Shown: piece after piece, positions 40,864 to 55,400 of the stretch
Position numbering within the stretch: position 1 is the first letter of the stretch
Layout of the letters: each line of letters begins with the position of its first letter
DNA from: Proteromonas lacertae
Taxonomy: Eukaryota
NCBI GenBank assembly: GCA_002245135.1
Contig: NGBS01001167.1
Span: 124,001 to 188,000 of the forward strand
DNA: 64,000 nucleotides
Direction: 5' to 3'
Position numbers and translations under genes: made by a program
The notes under the pieces: generated by a model
The model's input: the letters and a program-made list of their open reading frames with translations, nothing else
Told to the model about the DNA's origin: nothing
The model's database searches: none

Positions 40864-42073
40864 TTAATAGAATGCAAAATCTTCAAATATATCTATGCAA
40901 TCTTCTTCAATCTTCTTTATACTGTTTGTTGGAGATGAATTTTCATAATTCGACAAAAAGTCTTGTTCTATTGTACATTCATTGTCTGTTTGTATATTCT
41001 CATCTATAAAACATTTCTTTTCAGTCTATTGTGACAAATAAAACATAAAAATGTAAATACTTGAATAAATTCATCATTTACTGGAACTACAACGTCATTC
41101 AGTTTGGACATATCAAATGATACATTACTATCCTATAATAACATATATAATAACACACTTTATCATACATTCTGAATTAATTCTTTAATTCTGTTTAATA
41201 CAGTCATATAATACTGAGATCCAGTAATTTCGATTGATTTCTTTGCAATATACTCTTCTGATAACTTTATATTTTCTTGCATCTATATATATATATATAT
41301 AAATATGAGAAAATATACTTTGGAATAATTTTCATTCAACTCTTTTTCTTTTAATTGTAATTCAATTGATCTTATTGTTATATTCTTTATGTTTCCTTGT
41401 AGTTGCATTATTCTATTGGATATTTCTTCAATATTTCTGTTTATTTCTTCATAATTTTGAGTTAAAGTAATTGATTGTACTTGTTTCTCATTATACTATT
41501 ATAAACATAAATATTATTTATACTTGTTGTTTTAAATCTTCTAACATTGTAATTCTAAGAGATAACTCATTTTGAAGAATTGATATTTGAGCTGTTAATG
41601 ATTTAGTACTATTAAATGAGAAGATTAGAACATAATATATACGTGCTGTCATATTGATTGGATTCTGCAGTGAACTTTTGCAATTCAGTTTGTAAATTAC
41701 TTATTATACTCTTGTCATTTGCACATTTTGCACTTATTTCGTCAATCTCTTTCTGTATTTGTCCTTTCTTAATTAAAAGTGATTCACTCTCAATTTTCAT
41801 CCTAATTAAATGCATCTTTCATAACTTACTTTGCTCTTTCTGATTCTAATGCGATTAATGACTTCATGTCCAATTGATTCTACAACTAACAACAATAGTG
41901 ATACTCTACGATTATGTATATCCTGATAGTCACACATAAATTGGTCATTGTTCTCGAAATTCCCCGAATACAACTGTTTTATTACTGAATACTTCTGGCT
42001 AATAACTGAAAGCAAACTAGATGGTTATTTTGATAATATAAAACTTTTCAATCACCTCTATGCTTTGAGACAT
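40864..42073 (-). CDS. Hypothetical coiled-coil protein
   Basis: Series of short exons with canonical introns and heptad pattern. Confidence 0.55.
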
Positions 42074-42144
42074 TAAATAAAAATCGAAAAAAGGATCTGT
42101 GGGTTGTATTCGGCTTGACAGCTTGTGTCTAAGCATTTTAATTT

Positions 42145-44654
42145 ATGAAATTAATAGGCTTCGTCTGTCTTTTTTTCTCCGTTCATGCTTTCAGAGCATA
42201 CTTAGCAACAATACCTAATTCTGCTGATGGTATACTAATCATATATCAATAAATATAGTTCCTTGTCCTAATTATTCAAGCTGTCTTGATAAAAAAACAT
42301 GTGGTGCACCAGGACACAAAAATTGCATAAATGGTGAGTTAGATTCTTTTGGTATACATAATTCAATATATTTTATGTTATTAGGAATTGATTGGAGAGA
42401 TGGACCAAAGAAAAATACCACTGGTTGGAGAATAATAGAAGACTTCCAGAAGAGAGGAATAAATATCACTACAACCCCAAGAAGATGGAGTGAATGGTTA
42501 TGTCTTCAAGATAGTGATGGTGATGGTAGAACAAATGGTGATGAATTGGGTGATCCGTGTTGCACATGGAATTATGAAGATACTCCTCTAAGATCAAAAT
42601 ATCTAAGTCATCCAGGTGATAAATCAAGTGTAACTATACAACCGTCGTGTTATTTGAATGGTCTACCACCAGAACCAGTTATAGAAACATTTAAATCAGG
42701 TAAAAATCAAGTTTTACTGAAATTGAAATTACAGTTAGATTACTGTATATGTCATTATGAATTTGATATTGATAATCAGTATAGTTATTGTAATTATTAT
42801 ACATATAGACATTATACTACTTTATCCTATTCAGACATAGTAATACCCAATCTACAGTCAAATCACACATATAATCTAACAATAAAGAGTTATAACTTAG
42901 CTGGATATTCTAAAGACATAATTTATCCAATAAATACAGTTAATGAGAATAATGAAGTAGATGATTTAGAATATGACAATTATACTGTAAGTCATGCAGG
43001 TACAGTGGAGCCATGGATTCTATATGATCCTGATGTAGTAATGTCATTTTATGGAATTCTAATAACAATATTAATGTTTGAAATTCTGCTAAGATTAGTG
43101 AAAAAACCTTCAAATAGTATATACAGATTCTTCAATATTCGAGTAACTAAAAGGTTCAATTTAACACCACTCACTATCATCATTTCATTCCTGATATCAT
43201 CAGCATCGGTGTATTTAGCATATGCAACAATGATAAATGTATCACATATGAATTACCCATATTCATATTCAGACGGATCATTATTAAGAGGAATTGGAAG
43301 GTTTGTAGAAGTATCATTAGGAATCGTGATATTGCCAATCAATAAAATGACAATCTTAAACAGGTTATTTGGTTGGACAATTGTTAATAATTACCGTCAC
43401 CATAAACTGATGGGAGAAATAATATTTTTCTTTATTTTTGTACATGCTGTTGGAATGTTTATGAATTATTTTATATCTACAGGTTTGACATTGATATTCT
43501 CATTGAATGGTGATGAATATGTTATATTATATGCAATGATTGCTTTCTTAATGTTAATTATTAGTGCTATAACTACAACGAAATGTATTAAGAAGAATTC
43601 ATATACTTTGTTTTATTATGTATATATATATATATATATATATAATTTCTTCTAGAGTCATTTGTTGTTATATCCGTCAATGGTATTACTTTGTCTTCAT
43701 ATTCCTAATTTAATATACATCTTATTACCAGGGTTTATATTGAAAATAATTGATGGCTTTAATATGTTATATCAATTGTTATGGAAAGCCAATGTATTGG
43801 ATATAAAGACATTATCATTTCCACCAACTGACTATATTAAAATAAAACTAAAAAAATCATATTTTTCATATACACCTGGTCAATTTTGTTATATTTCTAT
43901 ACCAGATATTCAGTTTTCATCTCGACCATTCTCTATTGTTTCTTCTCCTTATCATAATAAAGATGAAGTTACTATCTATATACAAGTGAAAAGTTTATGG
44001 AGTAAGAAGTTGTTGAAATATATTAATACTGAACCTACGTTTTGTATATTATAATTTTTATAATAAATAGTGATAAGAACAACTTCAAATCCAATTTCAT
44101 CATCTTCTGAACATTTATTATCGGATCATTTCCCTCCTTTGGCTTTTAATAAAGTATTTCTATATGGATGTTATAATTATTTGAATATAAATCCTAAAGA
44201 TTATCGTTACTTGTTATTCATTGGTGAAAATATGGAATCTATTCCAATGTTCTCGATTTGGAGTAATCTATCAGCTGATACTGAAATATGTGATAGTTTT
44301 ATTGAATGTAAATTTATTTGTACAATTAAAGACACATTTCTATACTCAGAATGGAAGGAGATAATACAGAAAATTGTTTTATCTCATCCTAACTTTAGTG
44401 TAGATTTTTATTCTTCCAATCCACCTCAAACTCAATTATTTAACATTCAATTACCTATTAATTTGAATTTACCAAATTATAATTCGATTATTGGCAGTAT
44501 TGGATCAAAAGCAAAATCGAATAATGATCATTATGTTGGTGTATTTGTATGTGGCAATGAAAAGAGGTTAAATAAGATACAAGATATATGTGAAGAATAT
44601 AATTATGATTTGGATGTAGAATATGATTTGTATTTAGATACTTTTACATATTAG
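42145..44654 (+). CDS. Signal peptide + temptin-like domain + FN3 + ferric reductase/NOX-like TM, FAD and NAD(P)H domains
   Basis: IPN...GH.NC...FG.DW...W...LC..DSDGDGRTNGDELGDPCCTW...SHPG; NLQSNHTYNLTIKSYNLAGYS; heme His pairs HKLMG...VHAVG and SHLLL...CLH; PGQF, RPFSI, VFVCG. Confidence 0.85.
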
Positions 44655-44709
44655 TAATGTATGTTATTTATAGATTAGTTTAATGAAATAATTGATTTTT
44701 TCTATTATG

Positions 44710-47483
44710 TTATTTTTGGTGTGCTATAAATCCTTCACAAACTATTTTTTTAAAAGATACAACAACCCTCTGTCTTTTTCTCTTCAGAATTCTCATCCAC
44801 TGATATTTCTGAAGATAAATTTTTATCATTTTCATAATCAACATTCATACATGAACCTCTTTCATCTGTAACACTTTTATCTATTCAATTGTAATTCATA
44901 CTATATACTTAATACACTTTCTCTTGATTTTACAATATCTGTAACTCTGTGGTTATTCTTTCTCTTATCAAAAGACATCTTCTTTTTACTTTTGTCATTA
45001 TTACTATTATTATCGAATTCCATTGGTTTATTCTCTTTGTCATTATTACTTACTAAATGATTATCTTTCTTTTCATTTATAATTTCTTCACTATGCTTAT
45101 CATCATTTTTACTGTGATGTTTATGATGATTGTGTTGATGTTTGAAATGATGTGATATTGGCGGTGTAATTGTATTAGGAATTGCTGTTGTTAGTGGTGG
45201 AATTATATTTGATGGTTTTATTTCTTCTTGTTTGGAATGCCTCCGTTTATTCTTATCCTTTTTCACTTTATCTATTATCTTCTCCTTCTCTTCTTCTTCT
45301 TCTTCTTCTGGAAAATTTCTTTTATCTTTGTCTTCTTTTCTATCTATTTTTTGACGCTTTGAAGTGTTTTTATCACCATCTTTGCTATTCACTTTATTTG
45401 CTCTTTTTTCTCTCTTTTGTTTTACTTTTTCAATTATCTTTTCATCTTCTTTATCCTTATCATCAATTACTACTTTTATCTCTTCTTCTTTTTCTATATT
45501 TTTCTCTAAGTCTTTTTGTTTTATTTTTTTCTCTTTTTCCCCTCTTTTCTTCTTATCTTTCACCTTTTCTATGATTTTTTCTTGTTCTTCTTCTTCTTCC
45601 TTTTCATTTTCAATAGGTGATATTGTTCTTTTTGCTCTTTTTGCTGCTGAACTTGACTTTGGTATTTCTTTACCATCATCTTCTCCTTTATTTTCTTCAG
45701 TTTTATCAGATTTATTTGCTTTTCTTCCTCTTCTTTTTTTCACTTTTTCAATTATCTTTTCATCTTCTTTATTCTTATCATCAGTTATTTCTTTCTCTTT
45801 GTTTAATACTTTAACAGGTGAATTAGTTTTTGGTAAAATAATATCATCATCATCACTTTCTTCTTCTTCTTTATTAATTATCTTTTCCTTTATTTTTTCC
45901 TCTTTTTTGCTTTTCATTTCATCTTCATCACCACTATAAACATAACTCTCTTCACCTTTTTCATAATCATAATCACTATTCTCGTTTTCATCACTTTCTT
46001 CATTATCACTGCTAGTTTCTTGATCTTGATTTTCTTTTTCTATTTTCTCTTCTTTATCTTCTTCTTCCTCTTCTTCCTCTTCTTCCTCTTTTGGTTTTCT
46101 TTTATTCATAACCCTCTTTTGACGCTTTGGAGTTTTTTCTTCATTTTCACTATCTTCTTTTGCTGTTCTTCCTCTCTTCTTCTTTTCTTGCACTTTTTCA
46201 TCATCATCTTCTTCTATAATATCAACAACATCAGATATATTTTGTAATATTTCTTTAACTTGTTGTTTAGGAGGTCTTCCTCTTGGTTTTTTCTTTTCTT
46301 CGGGTTTATCTTCTTCCTTTTTCTCAATTTCACTCTCTTCTTCTTCTTCTTCTTCTTCTTCAATTGCTTTGGATTGTTTTGATGATAATTTCCTTTTCTT
46401 TGATGTAGTAACATTATCATCATTATCAGTTGCCTTTCTCTTAGATTTTGATGATGAAATATTTCTTGCTTTGGATGAAGTTTTAGTCTTCTTTTTATAC
46501 TACATAATAATAATAAATATTATTATATACAAAATCAAAATTATTTTCATCTTTCAACTCTTTCTTAAACAAATCAATCAAATTTTCATAATTGATCTCA
46601 ATAGTTTCATCATATAAAATATTTAAGTATTCCTTCAATGGTTTAGTTACATCCTTACATAATTCATTTATATCAATTCCATTCATCATCTTTGACACTT
46701 CATCACTCGATTTACAATTACTCCAAGGCAATTTACCATTTAATAATTTTATCAATATATAACCAACTGATATCAAATCATCTCGTGGTAAAGATGATGC
46801 TCCATTGTGTACACGATAACTAGCATACTCTGGAGTACCAGCGAATTTACCATTACCTTTAAATATACCATTTATTGTCTTGTATGAATCAATACTACCG
46901 AAATCTATGATGTACAATATATTCTGTTTAGGAGGTAAACCAAACATAAAATTTTGAGGTTTAACGTCTCTATGTACTAGATTTCTATTATGCAGATGAT
47001 GTAATACACTTATCATTTGTATTGCACATCTATATACATCATTAGCTGACATCTTTCCTCCACAATTTTCAAGGACTTTATCAAGCGGTAATCCCAATAA
47101 ATCCATTGCAAAATATCTTACCTTATGTTCTTTATCATCACCGTATGGATTTTGAATAGGGAAAGATGGTATATCTATATATTTTATAATTGATATAATA
47201 TACTTGGATGTTTTCCTACTCTTACTCTGTAACAATTAGATTCATTGTATAATTGATTAGCTTCATCTGAATGTACAGATATCACTTTACCTTTCTTTGG
47301 CTTTCCTGATTTTTCAAGAGGAGCTATTTTTAATGCGAAATATTCATTTGGAGCGTTTGATTTATATGCTAAAAATAATAATAAATGTAATATACCTTTA
47401 AAAATCACACCAAAAGCACCTTTACCAATTTCTTCTTTCAAAGTGTATGGTCCAACTGTATCTCCTGGATGTAAACTGTTCAT
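44710..47483 (-). CDS. CK1-group (CK1/VRK/TTBK-like) kinase with long charged tail
   Basis: IGKGAFG, MDLLG..L, HRDVKPQN, IDFG, GTPEYAS, RDDL.S.GY, LPW; tail has KPRGRPPK and E/K repeats. Confidence 0.92.
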
Positions 47484-47663
47484 TGCTTATATATAAAATA
47501 TTAAATGTCACTTTTAAATGAACTAGCACAAGCTAATTTTTGAATTATAAAAAAGCGGCTTGGTTCGAATAATCAAGCTTTTCATTCTTAAAAACTCTTT
47601 TTTGTCTCTTCTGAATATCGTCGTCGGAAAAACAAAACAAATCAATAATTTAATCAACAAAAT

Positions 47664-49263
47664 TTATATTTCTACATTTTTATCTTTTGTTTTCAACTCT
47701 CTCAATTGATTTTGAAACATAGAATTCTCTTGTTTTATCACTTTTAAATCTCTATTAACTGTCTCTATTCTATTACTATCAATTGTTCTCAACAATGCTT
47801 CTAATTTCTTCTCATATCCTTTAGTATCATTTATTATCTGCTCATTTTCATATGCATTATCTAAAAACTCTCTAAATGCCTAAAATAATAAATCAAAAAA
47901 TAAATACATTCTTGATATCCTTAAATTTCGTATAACACTTTTCTATCACTTCATCATTCCCTTTACTACTCTCCAAATACTGTAATGCTCTTTCTTCACT
48001 TCTGACTTAATCTCACTTTAATTGCACTTATATCATTTTGCAGTTTTTTTATTGATTCTATTACATTATTCATTTCTGTTTGCTGTCTGTTTAATTGCTT
48101 AAATACTGACATTATTCTTTCAATATACACACTTCTACCAATATACTATGACAATAATATAATAATAAAAATAATGTATTTATTATTATTGTAATATACA
48201 TCAGGCAATTGTTCATAATGACTTACTAACGATTTATATCTATTATCTTTCACTTCCACTACTTCTGTTAAATGTGACAATTCTTTTTCATATTTTCTTA
48301 TTTCATTTACATTACTATGATAATCAATTTTCTTTTTATTTTGTTTGAGTTTATCAATTTCATTTCTCATTGTTTCTTTTTGTTGTAAAAACTCTTGTTT
48401 TCTATCAATTATACTCTGTTGTAGATCCTCCATTTCTTGCAATAATAATTCCTTACCACTATTCAATTATAAATAAAAATATAATTATACTTTGATTTTT
48501 CTATCATTTCTTTAGCATATTTAAATATTTCATAATTCTGTCTTTTACTTTCCAAGTTGAATTTCAATTGATTTAATTCAATCTCTTCTTGATTTATATT
48601 CTTTTTCATTGCATTTTTGTCATATAGCATATTCTTATAATCACTTGATAGTTTTTGATAATCTGTTAATTTGTTTTTCAATTCTACATATGATGGTTCT
48701 TGTGGTTCATTGAAATGTTCTATTATTTATATATTATAATATTTATATATACCTTTATAATAATGTTCTATTTGTGTTACATATTTATGTATCTCTGAAT
48801 ATTGACTGAAATATTCTGATGTTGAATCATCATCCTATAAATATTATAATCATTCATTTATTATATACTAAAGTTATATTTGGCACTTTTTCTAATAAAT
48901 ATGATATAATTGATAGGCTTGTCTGGCTTTCTGGATATAGAAAGTGATTATAATCACATTCTTTATCATAACCGATATTCTAAACAGTTTCACATAAATT
49001 AGACAATACTTTCATACACACACTCAGTTGCTTACAGAATTTCTGTCTCAATGCAATTGATGTTGGTAATGTTTCTGGAAAATATATAGGATTATCTTTG
49101 TTGAGTATTTGAAAACATAAAACACATATATTATAGAGATTTTCTGGAGTTATTGTCTTATGAGTTGACGCTGAGCTATCAATTGCTCTACAGAAATAGA
49201 TATTGTTCATACAATTTATAATCTTTAATTGCTTTGAGTATTAAATTATCTGCTTCTTCCATT
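47664..49263 (-). CDS. CCDC22: Coiled-coil domain-containing protein 22 (CCC/Commander complex)
   Basis: MEEADNLIL, GYDKECDYNHFLYP...YLLEKVP, GRSVYIERI, DLKVIKQEN. Confidence 0.85.
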
Positions 49264-49433
49264 TTATCAAAAATTAATTAATATCCTCACCTTAAATAAG
49301 AAAACAAGTTTATTTAAGCCTCATTTTCTTATTCTTCTATTTTTAGTGATACAACTCACTGTTGTCTGTTTTTATGTTATTGTAAAATCAAAAGAATATG
49401 CTGACAATAAAGTATAATAAAAAATAATAAAAA

Positions 49434-52400
49434 CTAATTATGTTTTTGTTGAGTTCTAAGAGTAGTTGTATGAGTTATCTTAGAAGACAAAAATGCAGAT
49501 TGTGACAATAAACTTGAATTGGGCATCTTACTAAGTGATGTTGTTGTTCCATGAACTCCTGTTGTTCCTAATGAACCATTCACTCCAATATGTTTACTAC
49601 CAGACTCAGTTGTAAGGTTTGCTGTTTCATCCAAATACAAATTAACCAATTTAATACCATACTGCAATATAACCATCAACCAAATGATTAATTCTGTTCC
49701 TAATGTTCTTAACAGCAATATTGAATCTGGTTCACTACTAATGCTGAAATCTAAAGCAACCATAACTCCTCCTAATAATGTCAATATCAGCGTGGAAATA
49801 AACATTCCAATACTATCATTCTGTTGATTTGCAGCATTCTTTGTTTTTCCTGTTAAATATATGAGGACTAATAATAATAATCCATCTATTACCAATTCCA
49901 CAGTTCTAATAAAATTAAATTAATAATAAACAATATATAAATACAAGAATGGAGTTGAGACTGAACATTGACGAATTGAAACATCTACGAAGTATGATGA
50001 ATATTTTGCAGTTTCAAGTGGCTCATATTTTGGTACATCAGCTAAGAACCATATCATTACAATAATAATCTCTAATAACATAAAACCAACATAGAATATC
50101 ATAACTCTTATCAAAGTAATACGTGACTATTACAATTAAATTAATAAATAATATATATTTATACTTTCACTATCATCTTATGGTTTCTGATGTATTTACG
50201 ATATATTTTAGTTACTTTTGCATAGAACAAACCTAAAATACCTTTAAATGCAATACCAACAACAGCTACACGAGCTACACAAATACCATTAGTATCACTT
50301 GGTGGAATAATAAAAGTTAACACAGACAATGAGCAGAATATTAAATGGATTGATAAAGTAAAAGCATAAGGTCTTCCAAATGCTCGAATTACTTGTTTCT
50401 TCTGTTTGATAATAGTAAACACTAATGCCAGTAAGGAAAATAAAATACCAACTGCCATCATTAAATAACAAACTGCTACAATAGAACCACTAAATTCAAA
50501 TAAGCCTTTACTTTTACCAAATTTGGAATAATCAGGTAAACCTTCTGGATATGGTCTTGGCTCAATCAATATACTTTGTCCTGTATCAGGATATACTTGT
50601 AAATAATCACCATTTGCATTTCCTTCCATTATAAATATATTTCTCTGTAAATGCAAACTCTCTTCAACATATACTGAACCACTTGGTGCTTTTACATCTT
50701 GGCCTATTATACAAGATCTAAGATATTCAATTGGTGGAATACTACTTCCACTATCTTCAGCTGCTTGAATCATTGCAGATTTCCATATATCAAAACTAAC
50801 TTTAATATATTCCATTTCTTGTAAAGTCTCTGCTGTATTACCTAAATTCTCTTGCACATCACTTACAAATGCTTCAGATAAAGATGTTGTTAGAAATGAT
50901 GAATAACTTACAGTAATCAAACTTCCAGGCATTCCAGTTAAGAATCCATCACTATAATCTGATCTTGTATATCTAATAAGAATGGCTATATATTCGTGGA
51001 AATTAATTCCATAATCTTTCAGTGCTTGTAATGTGAATCGAGAAGAATTACCATCCAAGAAATATAATACTATTTATAATAAATAAAAAAATAAAAAAAT
51101 ATACAACATATTCTTTTACCTGTTGTTTTTGAACTAGCTATTTTTGAAACAATTGATTTATAATAACTCGTATCAGTTCTATTTGATTCAACAGTTATAT
51201 AATTCACTTTAGCATAATTCTCTTCCTCTTTTAATACATGTTGAGCATTTGTCAAATACTTTTTCATCTTTGGATCATCAGATAAAATCAATAAGAAATC
51301 ATTAACACCTTGAGTTGTCATATAAGAAACAGAAGCACGAATCTTTTGATAAGCTGTGTTACCAGTAACTAACATATTCTTACTTGACATATAACCTTCA
51401 GAAATACCAGTATAAATAAAGAACATATTCAATCTTTCTGCTTCAGCTAATACTGTCTCTCTACATGGATCTCCTCTACATCCCATATATAATATAATAT
51501 TTGTATCATTTTCAATCTTGTGAATTTCATCAATAAAATCTTGAGCTGTTGTACCAAATATAATAATTGGTTGAATATAATAACCATTGATTTTATTATT
51601 ATTAATATCATTAATTAAATACTCTTCTAAAGTTAATATTCTCATTTCTCTATCATGTGCAGCAGATGAACCATCATGGAATAATGCTATTTTCACTGAA
51701 TCATATGTAAATTTTTCACCTTTATCAGTAAAATCACAAATATACTGTATATTCTTTCCTTCAATTAATGGATTATAAGCTTGAGCTACTTCTGGTTGAG
51801 GTGAATAACTTGTTACTCTTGTTTTACCATTTCCAGATACTTCAAATCCATAAATTACACGATTAGAAAAACCATTTGGATTAACAACTAATAAACCAGA
51901 TGGTGTTGTTGTTGATAAGCCATACAGGGCTGTTCTTACTTTATCAGTATCGAATGAAAATGATGTTTTTGCTGCTTCTGCCCATACCTTCACACTTGTA
52001 TAAGCTGCTTCTAAATGTTGAGTAAAATAGGATCCTTCTCCATACAAATCATTCATTGCAGTAACAAATGAAATGGCAGTGTCTTGTCTTGTTTCATCAT
52101 CTGATGTAGTCAAACCCATATCATTTGTGAATGTTGCTAACATTCTATAATGATTTAGACATTTGGATGGAATTGATTTTGCATGTAATTGTTCCATAGT
52201 CAAGGAATACATGCTATAACCTGCATCAGGATATATTCCGTATTCACAATATCGATTAACAGCCTCAATAACATTATCTATTGTTATAACCATTATAATT
52301 GCACTTTTCTTTCTTATACTTTCTGGAATTGCCATAAACTCAGTCATGTTTTGATAATTAACAGCATAAATATTTAATTTTATTTGATCGGCATAGTTTA

Positions 52401-55400
52401 AGAATGATTTCGTTATGTTAACAGAGAATATTGTACTATCATATACTACAATAAAAGTATCTACTCTCATTGATAAATATTTCTTCACAGCTGAAACCAT
52501 CTGATAACTTATAAAGCCAAATGAAAATGTATTCTTTGAACAAAATTCAGCAGCTGACATAGCAGGATAGAAATATAAAATATCATATTTAATAGCTATT
52601 TCAGATATTTCTAATTGTTGTGAATATCTTGAACTTCCAAACAAAGCAACAACTTCTGATAATTTTCCTAATTCTGTTGCATAATTGACGTAATTCTCTA
52701 ATTCAGATTTACAATCACGTACTTGTGTCAATATCATTCTATCCAAAATACCACCAGCATTATTCAACTCTGTTACTGCAGCTTTAATACCACTTAATAT
52801 AAGTCTATCAGTACTTGCTAATGCTCCACTAAAACTGGTTAACACACCTATAGTAACTGTTGATTGTCTTGCATATTTACCAATTCCTGGACGTGAAAAA
52901 TCACATATATAGTATCCATCGTTCATTTCAATCTTCCAAGGATTGGATGAAACAGGGGAAGAACTTTCATATATTTTTTCAAAGTCATTTGATCCTTTTT
53001 TATGATAACCAAATCGAATATAATGAGTCATATAATTATTGGAATTAATTTTGATATTTCCTTCTGGTGCATCGAAATTAACAGTGTATAAAGCTTGTTG
53101 ATATTTTGAAAATACTACAGTATTCATTTTAGTCACAGCTTCTGCCCATAGATGGAAAACTGCATATAAACTTGACATTCTTTCTGTTATTGGATTCTTA
53201 GTATATTGAGCTACTCTATTAACAAATGCTGCATTTGTATCACCATCTATTGATTGGAAATATGATTGTATTGAGTAGAATGGTTGGTTGTTTGCATCAC
53301 TCATTGATTCACCTGTTGTATATGATATTATTTTGTACTTTTCTGGATCTAAGTTTCTATCCGAATAAGATTTATCAATATATTTATGTAAATTATCACT
53401 ACCAAATAACAAAATAAAACATGCTTTTGATCTTTCAGTTATTGAAACAACAATACCATCAACTTCTTCTTGTGATATTGTTGATGTAAAAGTTCTTGTA
53501 AGAACAATTGTTCCACCTAAATTTCTCACTACTTTTTGAGCATATTGATTGGCTCTTGAACTAGCTTCATCGTATGTTGATAATATTGCATAAGCTAATG
53601 TACTTTCATCTGTTACATCATTCAATATATTCACTACTCTTTCTACAATACTTGGCTCTTTATTGGCATAGATGATGTTATTCTCACATGATTCACCAGG
53701 TGACATACCAATATGTATAATTGGAATATCTCTTTTCTCAACTTCTGATTGAATGAAAGTGATGCAATCAATTGTAGCAGTAGTAATAATTAGATTGATT
53801 GTGTTATTTACATCATATTCAAGATTTTTTGTTAAAGTGTCGGAACATGTTTTATCATCACTACCAATATCAATATCAGTTACATATATTCTATGTCCAA
53901 TTATTCCACCTTGAGCAACATTGTATTCATCCAGTAATATACTCATTATACTTGATAAACCTTTATCCATTGATTGTTGAATACCTGTTAATGATGTTGC
54001 AAATAATATATTGATTATATCAATGTCATATTCATATTGACCAATTGTATGATCACATATTTTGCCATGTGTTTCTTCAATATCCCAATTCCAAGCCATT
54101 GGCTCGATTAATATATCTTGTGAATAGACAATATCAAATTTTCGTGTTTCTACATTGACTTTTCCTAAATAGAATGGTAATGATGCATATTGATTTTTAT
54201 TCAATTTCAATATACCAGATCCAGTCTCATATTCCATTCCCATTATCGCTTTTCTCCAATCTTCAGTTTCTAAACTATTCGCTTTTAAAACAGCTCTATA
54301 CCAAAATCTCATTCCTGCATATACTGAACTTTCATATGCTGAATTTATTTCTTTTATTGTATATTCAATAGAAGCTAAAAGGAATGCATTTGTTTCATTT
54401 ACTTCATCGAAATAATAACTTGGTTCATAAACATCAACATAATCGTTAATAGGAAAATCTAATATTTCTCTATCAGATCCAAAACATATAATTTGTATTT
54501 GATGTCTTGACAAAATCTTCTCGTTTAATGCAACTATAAATTCATTTAGTGGATCACCAATCAAAGTTGAAATAATAATACCACCAGTTGGTAAATCAGC
54601 TAATACTTTTGTTACTAATGATCTAGCACTTCCACTCTTACTATCTATTCTATATTCACCTTTTATTTCCATTATATCTTCTACTTTGTATTTCGTTATA
54701 TTAAGTATCGTATCTGTAAATTCAGGAGCAAAATCTGATGATCCAACTAATAATATTTTGTCATATTCTGATATTACCTTCAAATATGATATAAATTGGT
54801 CAAACAATTGATTTGCTACAGCTCCAAAGTAATAGACACTCGAATAACATTCTTGACCTTCATATGTTTGTGGATAAAACAAATATTTATTTACTTTTTG
54901 TAATTCTTTAGCAAATGCAATACGACATTCAGATACATAACAACCAAAGAAAACTGATACTTCATCATCTTCAGCTGCTATTTTTGCTATTTTTTCATAA
55001 TCATTACCGTATGCTGAAGGATCATATATTTTGAAATTTAATGTTTTACCTATTACACCACCTAAATCATTAATCTTTGATGTCATTGCAATTAATAAGT
55101 TTAAGCCATATAGTTCAAATGGAGAATCATTATTTTCCACAGAAAATATTGCACCAATGAAGTAATTATCTTCCTGCAATTGTTCACCTCTTACTGCAGC
55201 TTTTGTATCCCAATTACATGATAACTTTGGAACAACTGGATCACTAGATTTCCAAGGATTTGGTGCAGTAATGTCAGATGAATGATATTCATAAGCAGCG
55301 TTTGCTTCAAGATAACCTGTTGTTTCATTTTCTATAATCTGACACATACTAATTGAGAAACTCATATAATTGTTAGTGAAAACTTTGACATTTCTTCCTC

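Noticed and set aside
45182..46247. Phe/Leu/Ser-rich plus-strand ORFs resembling membrane proteins
   Set aside because: They are antisense shadows of the Glu/Lys-rich kinase tail; the same applies to most short opposite-strand ORFs in the track.
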